A DNA stretch of 57,255 bases from a virus (Duplodnaviria > Caudoviricetes): positions 1-57,255 of the IMG/VR virus record IMGVR_UViG_3300049489_000428; one strand, 5' to 3'. The notes beneath the pieces were generated by a model. It searched no databases. It saw only the letters and a program-made list of their open reading frames with translations, and had not been told where the DNA came from. A program made the position numbers and the translations under genes. This document shows positions 34,694 through 43,519 of the stretch, in pieces; position 1 is the stretch's first letter; each line of letters starts with the position of its first letter.

Positions 34694-34964
34694 TCTAATA
34701 TTATTAATGTTACTGGTTGCGTGTTCTACACCAGAGGTTAGGCCTGTCGATCCTACGACTCAAGCTCCTAAAGTAGAATTTAAAATTAATCCTGAAATTA
34801 TGAAGGATTGCGCTCCTTTAGTTAATCTAGATAATGGTGTAACATTCGACGATGTTTTAGTGTGGTATTCGAAAAATGCAGAATTATACGGAGAATGCAA
34901 ATCATTAAATAGTAAAAAACTGAAGATGATTAAGGAGCTAACAGGTAATGAGGGACAGAAATAA
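34680..34964 (+). CDS. o-spanin lipoprotein (Rz1-like)
   Basis: LVAC lipobox; N..LY.EC; overlaps the i-spanin. Confidence 0.8.
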   Translation: MRLLSLILLMLLVACSTPEVRPVDPTTQAPKVEFKINPEIMKDCAPLVNLDNGVTFDDVLVWYSKNAELYGECKSLNSKKLKMIKELTGNEGQK

Positions 34965-35445
34965 ACTACTTCCTCAGGTAAAAAATAAACTAGAGGAACT
35001 AGAAAACCTAGCGGAACAAGTAGGTTTACACTTCATTGTTACACAAACACTTAGGTCCAACGACGAACAAGTAGCTTATTACGCTCAAGGGAGACAACCA
35101 TTAGATGAGGTTAACCGTTTACGAAAGATTGCTAAACTTCCTTCTATTTCAGAAGAAGAAAACAAACACGTTATCACTAGAGCCAAAACAGTGTGGGATT
35201 CCTTCCACGCCTATGGCAGGGCTTTTGATGTTGCTGTAGTTAGTGTTGACGGCAAAGTAGATTGGTCAGAGAGTATAGACTGGGATTCTGATGGTGTCTC
35301 CGATTGGATTGAGCTCGGTAAGTTGGGTGAGTCTATCGGGCTGGAGTGGGGTGGTAACTTCTCTTCACTAAGAGATTTGCCACACTTTCAGTTCCGCGAA
35401 GGAAAAAGTATTGCAGATTTAAAAAGAGAGGTCGGCGCGGGATGA
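34948..35445 (+). CDS. endolysin, M15 L-Ala-D-Glu peptidase
   Basis: T.RS..EQ...YAQGR, S.H.YG.AFD, LEWGG.F....D.PHFQ. Confidence 0.92.
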   Translation: MRDRNKLLPQVKNKLEELENLAEQVGLHFIVTQTLRSNDEQVAYYAQGRQPLDEVNRLRKIAKLPSISEEENKHVITRAKTVWDSFHAYGRAFDVAVVSVDGKVDWSESIDWDSDGVSDWIELGKLGESIGLEWGGNFSSLRDLPHFQFREGKSIADLKREVGAG

Positions 35446-35915
35446 CAACTATTACCTACTTAAAAGATCGGATATTTTGCAAGGATTGTCTTGTAAGAGC
35501 TTTTGGACGGTTTATTATAGGAGGATTTAAAAACGCTTTCATTACTGATACTAAGTCCGCCGAGATACTATCTTCAATGGTCTTATTAAGTATAGGTGTC
35601 GCGTTATTATTACCTGCCCACTTCTCTACAGATGAAGCGTTTAGTATTGTACTGTATAATACGGTACTACAAACTCTACCCAACTACTCGTGGGGATTAT
35701 TCTACTTAATAGTTGGATTTATAAACCTTGGAGTTACCATCTATGGTAATCTCCAACAACGAAGATGCATAGCACTTATTTGTATATATTTATGGCTATG
35801 TCTAATTTTTTATCTAGAAAAATATTCAGAAGTAATAATTGACTTATCGATCATACCGTATGTATGGCTAGGGTTTACTTCTATATTTACCTATCTAGCC
35901 CTGTGGAGACGATAA
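35442..35915 (+). CDS. 4-TM membrane protein
   Basis: Four hydrophobic segments. Confidence 0.65.
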   Translation: MTTITYLKDRIFCKDCLVRAFGRFIIGGFKNAFITDTKSAEILSSMVLLSIGVALLLPAHFSTDEAFSIVLYNTVLQTLPNYSWGLFYLIVGFINLGVTIYGNLQQRRCIALICIYLWLCLIFYLEKYSEVIIDLSIIPYVWLGFTSIFTYLALWRR

Positions 35916-36299
35916 TTGGATACTATTACTACTGCTCCAATATTTGCTCTTCTAGGTGTGGGTTTAACAGTTATAACTAACTACTTAATACAGAGAAAGA
36001 AAAGTCAATCAGATACTTTGTCTACGGAACGAGAGGTTCTGAGTAAAGATCAACAAGACTTTAAATTATCTATATTACTGCAATTGAAAGAGTGTAAAGA
36101 CTCTGTGGATAAAATCCATAAGGAAAATGAACAGTTGCATGAGAAGTTGTTAGAGACTCAGGAAAAGAAACTTCTACTAGTAGAAGAAATTATTGGCCTG
36201 AAGCAGGAAATAAATATTCTAAGGGAAAGGATAAGAGGACTTGAAAACTCAAACAGCGAAAAAATCAAACACGAGACAGGATCGGAAACACAGCCGTAG
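35916..36299 (+). CDS. single-TM coiled-coil protein (lysis-associated?)
   Basis: N-terminal TM and long heptad region. Confidence 0.65.
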   Translation: MDTITTAPIFALLGVGLTVITNYLIQRKKSQSDTLSTEREVLSKDQQDFKLSILLQLKECKDSVDKIHKENEQLHEKLLETQEKKLLLVEEIIGLKQEINILRERIRGLENSNSEKIKHETGSETQP

Positions 36300-36969
36300 A
36301 GAAAGTGACGATCCGGTAGGACGAATTGAGTTTAAGGAGATAGCCCCAAAAACACCCAATCAAGACAAGTATATGAATGCAATTAGAAATTTCAAAGTTG
36401 TATTCGCTACTGGTCCAGCTGGAACTGGTAAAACTTTTCTAGCTACAGCCATGGCTGCCAAACAAATAAATGATCAAAATATAAAAAAGTTGATTATTAC
36501 TAGGCCGGCTATTGAGGTTGGAGAAAAGTTGGGATACTTACCCGGAGAACTGGATGAGAAATTCGAACCATATTTGAGACCTTATAAGGACGTACTGTAT
36601 GAGTTATTTGGGGAATCCTTCACAGAGTATTTAATTAAAACTGGAAAAATCGAAGCCGCACCACTAGCATATCTTAGAGGAAGAACTTTTAAGGATTGCT
36701 GGGTTATCTTAGATGAAGCACAGAATACTACTCCAATGCAGATGAAGATGTTTGTTACTCGTTTTGGAGTAAATTGCAAGATGATTATTAATGGAGATTT
36801 GTCACAGAAGGACATTCGTGAAAAATCGGGATTAGATGATGCAATTGACAAGTTAGCGTATATTCCAGCAGTGAAAATTATTAATTTCACTAGAGAAGAT
36901 ACTGTTAGATCTGGATTAGTTGCGGAATTTATCCAAGCATATGAGGTAAATAATGGCAGCAGTACATAA
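36241..36969 (+). CDS. phoH: PhoH-like ATPase
   Basis: GPAGTGKT, ITRP, LGYLPG, RGRTF, ILDEAQN, GD..Q.D. Confidence 0.95.
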   Translation: MKTQTAKKSNTRQDRKHSRRESDDPVGRIEFKEIAPKTPNQDKYMNAIRNFKVVFATGPAGTGKTFLATAMAAKQINDQNIKKLIITRPAIEVGEKLGYLPGELDEKFEPYLRPYKDVLYELFGESFTEYLIKTGKIEAAPLAYLRGRTFKDCWVILDEAQNTTPMQMKMFVTRFGVNCKMIINGDLSQKDIREKSGLDDAIDKLAYIPAVKIINFTREDTVRSGLVAEFIQAYEVNNGSST

Positions 36970-37312
36970 TTTAGTAATAAGACCTGGAGTTACCTTTGTA
37001 AAGACCTTTAATTGGTACACTAAGGATAGTGTTACTTTAGTAAAGACTCCAGTCAATCTTACAGGTTATACCGCTCGAATGGATATTAGGGAGAATATTG
37101 GAGACGTTGCTGCTGTGCTTACCTGCACTACAGAGAACGGAAGAATAGCTCTCAATGCTAGTGGAGAAATTAGAATTACTATCAATGCAGCAACTACAGC
37201 GCTCTATACTACTGAGTTGGGTGTATATGATATTCTGCTAATTTCACCCGGTGGTGAGGTAACTGAGTTTATCTCCGGCAGCGTTACCCTAAAGCGCGGC
37301 GTAACAGCATAA
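36953..37312 (+). CDS. p132/BppU-like tail-associated protein
   Basis: G.TF......, PVNLTGYTARM.IR, GVYDI.L pattern. Confidence 0.6.
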   Translation: MAAVHNLVIRPGVTFVKTFNWYTKDSVTLVKTPVNLTGYTARMDIRENIGDVAAVLTCTTENGRIALNASGEIRITINAATTALYTTELGVYDILLISPGGEVTEFISGSVTLKRGVTA

Positions 37313-37314
37313 AG

Positions 37315-37351
37315 AAAAAGCCCCAACGACTCCCATCGTTGGGGCTTTTTT
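37315..37351. terminator. bidirectional terminator at the convergence of late and early operons
   Basis: AAAAAGCCCCAACGA/TCGTTGGGGCTTTTT. Confidence 0.9.
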
Positions 37352-37352
37352 G

Positions 37353-37940
37353 TTACCTAATTGGACATACTCCAGTAGCGCAGTTCTCATCAATCAATTC
37401 GTCGAAGCTATTGCTTCCGTCTAAATCAATTGGTTGCACTTTTGCTACATAATCTTCATACGCTTGTTTAGTTACTACTTCTTGTGGTAGATATGGGTAT
37501 CCCAAGTCTGCGGCAGTTTTGGTCGGGTCATTTCGGAACAGGAACGATACAGCAACGTAGCTATCCCAATTAGTATACAACCAATCAATGATGTCTTTTG
37601 TTTCCGATGGATCGTAAGATATTGTGCAGGATACATTTTGTTGACAGTAGTTATCCATAAGCATCTTGTAGCGGTTTAACTGAGAAACAGCACTTTCAAG
37701 ATTAACTTCTTTTCCATCAACAATGTCGAACTCCACATTCTCGTACTTTACTGGGAAAGTTACTAGAGTTGCTGCATTATCATACGGATGGTTAAAGACC
37801 CTATAACCGGCGTTCTTAAGTTTTTCAATAAGTGGATCGTACTTAGAGAATGCTACGTTATTGAAAATGTACTTGCCCATAGGCTTGTGCATACCTTCTG
37901 TAGTGTCGAATATCTTTCCGACTGTTCCGTCAGGTTTATT
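37353..37940 (-). CDS. nrdJ: class II ribonucleotide reductase, exon 2
   Basis: NKPDGTVGKIFDTTEGMH ... QQNVSCTI, YLPQE, C-terminal CATGVCPIR. Confidence 0.9.
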   Translation of the reverse strand, partial: NKPDGTVGKIFDTTEGMHKPMGKYIFNNVAFSKYDPLIEKLKNAGYRVFNHPYDNAATLVTFPVKYENVEFDIVDGKEVNLESAVSQLNRYKMLMDNYCQQNVSCTISYDPSETKDIIDWLYTNWDSYVAVSFLFRNDPTKTAADLGYPYLPQEVVTKQAYEDYVAKVQPIDLDGSNSFDELIDENCATGVCPIR

Positions 37941-38087
37941 CAGTAATGTTACGTAATACTCGATTCCAGTATCACTCTGTATATTTCTATACAGCTCAGA
38001 CTATATCATCAACTCATTGAGTTGTTGCCCGCTTCGACCGATCTATCGGCCTACGTCTTTCGACTAGTCGTTGAACTTTCCACTGTT

Positions 38088-39020
38088 CTAGTGGCTTAGC
38101 TGCTGGTTGTCTGTTAGTCCAAGTTGCTTTTCTACATCATTTAATGTCCCCATCAAATGGTATGGAACTTGGCTCTTGAGAGTTTCTAGCAATTCAAGCA
38201 ATTTTTCATATTGAGTCGCCTCAATAAGGACCTTTATACTATTATTACATGCATGTAGGGTACCGTGACAATGTTGGCAAAGAGTTATCAAATTTATTAA
38301 TTGATGTGCTTCTGCAGGATTATTAAATAAATGGTAGTTTATAATGTGGTGAACGACTAAATTTTCCTCAGTACCACATTCTGCACAGTTATTATTTTGT
38401 TTAATAAAATCATTTCTAAACTTAGTCCAACCACCTAATTTAGGTCGTAGACACTGACCATGTTTAAAGGCCGGATTATTTTCACCTCGTTTAGATTTGC
38501 TTTTATATTCCGCAGCAGAAACACACTTTAGATTTTCTGGGAGTAGATTAGTGTAGTCTCCATCTTCTGGCACTATCCAACAATTTTCCGGAACATATTG
38601 TTTATTGTATAATTCCCATGCTACAATATGAGCTTTTACTTGACCACTATCTACATTAGATTTAGGGTGGTTTGGAAAAGATACTACGCATCTAATACTA
38701 CCGTCTGCGTAATTATAAGTTGGATTATTTAACCTATCCTCTAACATTGCTGTAATATATGTATTATTCCAGTAATCTTTTTGCTTATCATACTGTAATA
38801 AAAACTTTCTAACAACTTGTTTAATTTTAGGATATGGTAGGGAATCTATTCCTAAATAATCATAAATTCTATAATATACTGAAGCACTCAATCGATTTTC
38901 AGAATTACTTAACTTTAAAAACTTATGTAAGTCTATCTGTGTTGGTCCTTCACTAAATATATAGTTTAATACATTCTCTTTACCTATTGCATCAATATTT
39001 TTTTCTACATGATATGTCAT
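38088..39020 (-). CDS. intron-encoded HNH homing endonuclease
   Basis: HNH_3-like segment, GENNP motif, CAECG..VHHI..NLITLC..CH...H. Confidence 0.88.
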   Translation of the reverse strand: MTYHVEKNIDAIGKENVLNYIFSEGPTQIDLHKFLKLSNSENRLSASVYYRIYDYLGIDSLPYPKIKQVVRKFLLQYDKQKDYWNNTYITAMLEDRLNNPTYNYADGSIRCVVSFPNHPKSNVDSGQVKAHIVAWELYNKQYVPENCWIVPEDGDYTNLLPENLKCVSAAEYKSKSKRGENNPAFKHGQCLRPKLGGWTKFRNDFIKQNNNCAECGTEENLVVHHIINYHLFNNPAEAHQLINLITLCQHCHGTLHACNNSIKVLIEATQYEKLLELLETLKSQVPYHLMGTLNDVEKQLGLTDNQQLSH

Positions 39021-39025
39021 TTTTG

Positions 39026-39071
39026 TTACCTCCTATTTTACAATTATAACATAGGAGGTAATAAAATTCAA
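39026..39071 (-). promoter_or_regulatory. intron-internal promoter overlapping an RBS-sequestering hairpin
   Basis: TTGAAT-17-TATAAT; 11-bp inverted repeat TTACCTCCTAT/ATAGGAGGTAA. Confidence 0.8.
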
Positions 39072-39086
39072 GTATATTTTTACTTT

Positions 39087-40529
39087 AGTCGTTATGTTCT
39101 TCGGATACGCAGTTCCTAATTCTTCGGCCATGCTATATGCTGAGGCTGTAATAGTACGCTCAAGTCGTCTGTAATCGAAAGCCTGCATTTCCGGTACGGC
39201 TGCGACACCCGCTAACGATACACCACATAAATGTAGGAAATCGTTATTTAAGTGCCACTTTTCTTGCAATATTCCATCTCTGAAATCGACAACTGTTTGA
39301 CGGTAGTTGGCCCTCGCGATAAGATTTGCAGCCTTGTAAAGACCCAAAGTGTCGTCTTTAAATTTCTGTAAGTCGATCGTAACCAAGCAGCAAAACCCGC
39401 CTGACGGTGGCAGTAAGATCTCACCACATGGATTAGTAAGAGTTGCCCAGGGGGCTCTTCTCCGCATGGCCTCCCCATTGATAATGCCGGGCTCGCCGTT
39501 ACCACCTGCGTTGACGAGACCGAATATGTACTCCAACTCACTGCGGCTAGGTTTAACGCGGAAGAAAAGGGAGTTGTTACTTTGGCTTCTGTGTGATTTT
39601 CCATTTTCCCATATTCCTACTTTCGATGTCGCAAATGCTTGCCATTCAGGATCTCCATAATCGTATACTGCAATTTGAGCGCTGCGACGTGTTGATAAAA
39701 CTGTACCTAACAGGTTAATAATGTCTAGAATATCTATTGCTGTAAGTAGACTATCTGCCCTTTTATTTAGTATATGAAAGATTTTTTCATATGCAGCAGA
39801 AATGCCGACGTCGCCTTGACTAATCCATCCATAGTTGCGAAGTCGCAAACCTGGAGCACGAATATCTGAGAAGTCCAATACTAGAGTTTTAGCGGCGTAT
39901 TTCCCAGCAACAAGTTTACCTACGCTCTTTGCCCACGCTTCTGCGGAATCACCAACTTTAATTGTCCACACTCTTGTAATTGGGTCGTAACTCTCCGTAT
40001 TATTTTCCGGACCCTTTTCTGTACTATTTTTAGATCTGATTATCTTTAGCTCATTAATATGCTTCTTAAAGCCGTTTAAGGTTCCAGGTACTGGCCTAAA
40101 GCCTACCCCCGCTCCTTGCAGCAATAACCAGAAGGCATCTACTACGTCATAAATAGTTTGAATATCCAAAGCGGAACAGTTAAAGTTAGAAGCTTCTCTA
40201 GTTTTGCCAACTTCCGTACCGCCTAACCATAGTGTACGCCCCGAAGGAGTAACTTTACGCTCTAGTATTAGTTGTCTTAACTCCTGTAGTTCAAGTTCTT
40301 GATCATAATTTAATTTAATCCATTGTATATTTGGATTATCTTCTGTAATAAATCGTAATTCAAATTCTGTATTTTCTTGATGAGTTAGAGCTCGTTCCCA
40401 TAACCAACGCTGATGTTTAATTACTCTATCGACTGTTTCGGCCCAAGTTTCAAACTCAGTCCCCTCAATATTCTTAGCTCTGTTATATGTTCTTCGTGTA
40501 ATAATAGCGGCGCGTGCTGATACTGTCAT
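39087..40529 (-). CDS. nrdJ: class II ribonucleotide reductase, exon 1
   Basis: RRTY.R, PSGRTLW, FNCS, G.GVGF, TNPCGEI. Confidence 0.92.
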
Positions 40530-40978
40530 TTTCCAGTTGATCCAAATCCCTTGTCGCCTCTTTCGGACGACTTACTAAATTCATTTACTATCCTAAACTT
40601 AGGAGTTACAACAGGTATAATGACCAGTTGAGCAATTCTATCTCCAATATTTACGGTTTGAGGTTTTAACCAGTCTGCATTATCATTATACAAATAAACC
40701 ATAATTTCGCCCTGATAACCAGAATCAATTACTCCTACGCAATTTCCGAGACGCATATTGCGTTTAGCCATTCCACTTCTAGAAAACACTAGACCAACAT
40801 ATCCGGGTGGAATATCAACAGCCACTCCAGTTTTTACCAATACAGAGCACTGGGACATAATAGTTACGTTCTCTGCAGCTAATAGATCTGCTCCGGCGTC
40901 TATTAGATGTGCTCGATAAGGGATCCAATCTTCTACATTTTTATCTTGTGTTATAACTTTTAAATCAATAGATTCCAT
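40526..40978 (-). CDS. dut: dUTPase
   Basis: AGADL, SRSG, GVIDSGYQG, RIAQL, RGDKGFGSTG. Confidence 0.95.
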   Translation of the reverse strand: MESIDLKVITQDKNVEDWIPYRAHLIDAGADLLAAENVTIMSQCSVLVKTGVAVDIPPGYVGLVFSRSGMAKRNMRLGNCVGVIDSGYQGEIMVYLYNDNADWLKPQTVNIGDRIAQLVIIPVVTPKFRIVNEFSKSSERGDKGFGSTGK

Positions 40979-40987
40979 TTTATTCTC

Positions 40988-42205
40988 TTAACTTTTCACT
41001 AGGTATAGACTACCGGGTGGAGGAAGGATTGATGATTCTTGTCTGAAATTAGCCACTATTGCGGCACCAACATTAATGACTCTAGTATTATCTGATGTGG
41101 CAACTGTGCCCATAGGTGTTGAGCCATACAACTTATTTGGGTTAGAGAAATATGCCAGACGTGTGCAACTTGTTCCAGCAGCGGCACATACGTTATTATA
41201 GGCCATGACTGTTCTCCATTTCTCGATAGGGACAGCATATCCATGACCATAGGCATATGGGGATGTGCTTGGATCAACGTATGGATCATGAAGGGCTCCA
41301 AAATTATGACCTAGTTCGTGTGCGAAACTTAAATTGCTAACCGCACATCCCCTATTAACTGTAGTAAAAGCATAGCTACTATATGGACCAATCCACCCTA
41401 AACCGCAGTATTGTCCGTTCTCAATAATCATACTAACCATGTCGGCTTTGTATGTATTACGTAAAGTATGTATCTCATCCAGATACCCGTCCGCAGTACT
41501 GGTTAGTCTATTTAGATCTGTATTAAAATCCCCACTCTCAACATAACTGCTCACATACGTATATACTAAACGTAATCTTGGGAGTACTCCACTGTTGTAG
41601 TAGGCATTATTAACTGAGTCTATAGCCTGTTGCGCAAATGATTGAGCAGCAGAACCAATAGCTATTCCAGAGTTTGATGAGTAGACTACCATTACATCAA
41701 TTATAGTTCCGGAATCTGCGGATACGTCGGCATAGTTCGGTGGAAGCTTATAGGCAGAATTATCTGGATGATCTTCCTGAAATCCCTCAGGTAGTACTTC
41801 TTTAAGACTGTACGATCCATAATTGTTTGGTAAGATTTCATATATCTGTGCTTCATTAGTTATATTATCTAGTAGCCGTATATTACCAACTAGAGTACCA
41901 TTCGTATAGGTTAGAATAGCTTGACTTTTTCCGTGCGTTGGAATTTTTCCATAAAGTGTAAAATCATCATTAGTACGAATATCTTTATTAGTTACTATAA
42001 TATCAAAACTATTAGAGTCGAACGTATCAACGGTAATGGATCGCGATTGAAGTGCTCGCATATTCAAGGATACCGAGCGTTCCAGTGATCCTCGATTATC
42101 CATTCTTACTACTTTTTCATTTTCTACATTAAATAAGGGTTCGGCAGAAAGGTTAGTAGATATTACTAGTAAACTAAGTATTCCTACTAATATAGCTTTA
42201 TACAC
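40988..42205 (-). CDS. secreted reprolysin-like (M12) metzincin
   Basis: Signal peptide; IDVMVVY, CGLGW, HELGHNFGALHD, Met-turn TVMAY, FSNP. Confidence 0.88.
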   Translation of the reverse strand: MYKAILVGILSLLVISTNLSAEPLFNVENEKVVRMDNRGSLERSVSLNMRALQSRSITVDTFDSNSFDIIVTNKDIRTNDDFTLYGKIPTHGKSQAILTYTNGTLVGNIRLLDNITNEAQIYEILPNNYGSYSLKEVLPEGFQEDHPDNSAYKLPPNYADVSADSGTIIDVMVVYSSNSGIAIGSAAQSFAQQAIDSVNNAYYNSGVLPRLRLVYTYVSSYVESGDFNTDLNRLTSTADGYLDEIHTLRNTYKADMVSMIIENGQYCGLGWIGPYSSYAFTTVNRGCAVSNLSFAHELGHNFGALHDPYVDPSTSPYAYGHGYAVPIEKWRTVMAYNNVCAAAGTSCTRLAYFSNPNKLYGSTPMGTVATSDNTRVINVGAAIVANFRQESSILPPPGSLYLVKS

Positions 42206-43079
42206 CTATATATTCCTCCAATTTGTTCTTTAAATCTTTTAGATTATCTTCACCTATGGCTTCTTCACAGAAACTTTTTAGATCCATTAATCTATAATTT
42301 AGAATTATTAATTCTGGTTGCTCATTTAGTTTCTTGATATAAACATACTTACTGTTTATTGGGAGTGCGTCGTAAATATCTAGTGCAGAACCATACTGTT
42401 CCACTAGTTGTTGTGCGCGTTTAGGACCAACTCCCTCAACACCTTTTACGCTATCTCCAGAATCACCTTGTAGACACTTAATACTGATGTAGTCCTCAAT
42501 AGAAAACTCATAGTGCTCATTCCAGTTCTCTTTAGTATATTCTTTTCTAGTCACATAAGAGAATTGTGAGACATTGTCGTCTATCAGTAGATTCCAGTCC
42601 TTATCACTAGAAGCTAGCCAGACCTTGATGCCCCACTCTTTACTTTTGTTGGAGATATAGGCGGCAATATCGTCAGCTTCAACTCCCTTATATTTTAACA
42701 ACAACCAGCTAGGTTTACGCTTACTAATGTATTCCATAGTCTGATTGAATTCTGTTAGAAAGTCCTGAAATGCTTTATTCTCTTCATCAGTAGCCTCTGC
42801 ATATTTTAATCTACGAGCCTCTTTGTAACTTGGGGATAATTTTAGTCGATAATCATATCCCCCATCACAGGCAATTATAATCTTGCCGGCATCATAAGAT
42901 TTTGCTAGAGATTCGATCACTCCTATATAATCTAGTGTGAAAGATTTCTGTTCTGGAATGTCCGTACTACCGCTCTTAGGGCGTGGTTTATATCTAAAAG
43001 CAAGGTTGAGAGCATCCACTACTAGTATTGTTTTTAAATCACCTCTTTGTGTGTTTAATTCTTCAAAGGTTTTAGCCAT
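42198..43079 (-). CDS. D15: flap endonuclease / 5'-3' exonuclease
   Basis: VDALNLAFR, GVEADD, SSDKDW, GDSGD.V.GV.G.G.KRA. Confidence 0.93.
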   Translation of the reverse strand: MAKTFEELNTQRGDLKTILVVDALNLAFRYKPRPKSGSTDIPEQKSFTLDYIGVIESLAKSYDAGKIIIACDGGYDYRLKLSPSYKEARRLKYAEATDEENKAFQDFLTEFNQTMEYISKRKPSWLLLKYKGVEADDIAAYISNKSKEWGIKVWLASSDKDWNLLIDDNVSQFSYVTRKEYTKENWNEHYEFSIEDYISIKCLQGDSGDSVKGVEGVGPKRAQQLVEQYGSALDIYDALPINSKYVYIKKLNEQPELIILNYRLMDLKSFCEEAIGEDNLKDLKNKLEEYIGV

Positions 43080-43519
43080 TGTGGTTTTTCATAATTAATC
43101 CAATCATTCAATAAACTTACACTGAATGAATATCCATCGACATTAATATGAGTATAGTTATAGTTTACGGTAGGTAAAGTATCGAAAGCTACAAATATCT
43201 TAGATCTGTCAAATTTAAAAATAAGTAAGGGATCTTTGTCCACTTCGGCTGCCTCTCTTACTGTCTGTTCCCACCATTGAATAAGTTGTGGGTTTTTACT
43301 TGTTAGTAGTTTGCTGGTGAAATGATCCTCTGCATAATTCTTAACCTCTACACAGTATTTCATGGGCATCTCCGGCAGATATAAATCACCCTTTAATTTA
43401 TGGGTTGGGGCAAGGGCGCCAGACATGGGCACCCTTTCCCACTGTAAACCTGTTAATTCTCTTAGGAGATCTCGTACTACCGTTTCACCGCGCGCACCTT
43501 TTGCTCGCGAATCTGTCAT
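43055..43519 (-). CDS. D14: Holliday-junction resolvase-like nuclease
   Basis: DSRAKGARGE, RVP.SGA, KGD, EVK, WWEQ. Confidence 0.9.
   Translation of the reverse strand: MTDSRAKGARGETVVRDLLRELTGLQWERVPMSGALAPTHKLKGDLYLPEMPMKYCVEVKNYAEDHFTSKLLTSKNPQLIQWWEQTVREAAEVDKDPLLIFKFDRSKIFVAFDTLPTVNYNYTHINVDGYSFSVSLLNDWINYEKPQWLKPLKN

Larger units (their letters stand above)
37941..39086 (-). mobile_element. group I intron (IA-like), 1146 nt
   Basis: Exon ends in U, intron ends in G; P AATTGCTAGAAA, Q AACCAGCAGC, R GTTCAACGACTA, S TGATATAGTCT; splicing restores ITT-NKPDGT in frame. Confidence 0.92.

Noticed and set aside
39033-39086. C-terminal KVKIYLNF tail of the nrdJ ORF; split-gene or intein model
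   Set aside because: It is read-through into the intron; in-frame stops and group I core motifs exclude an intein.
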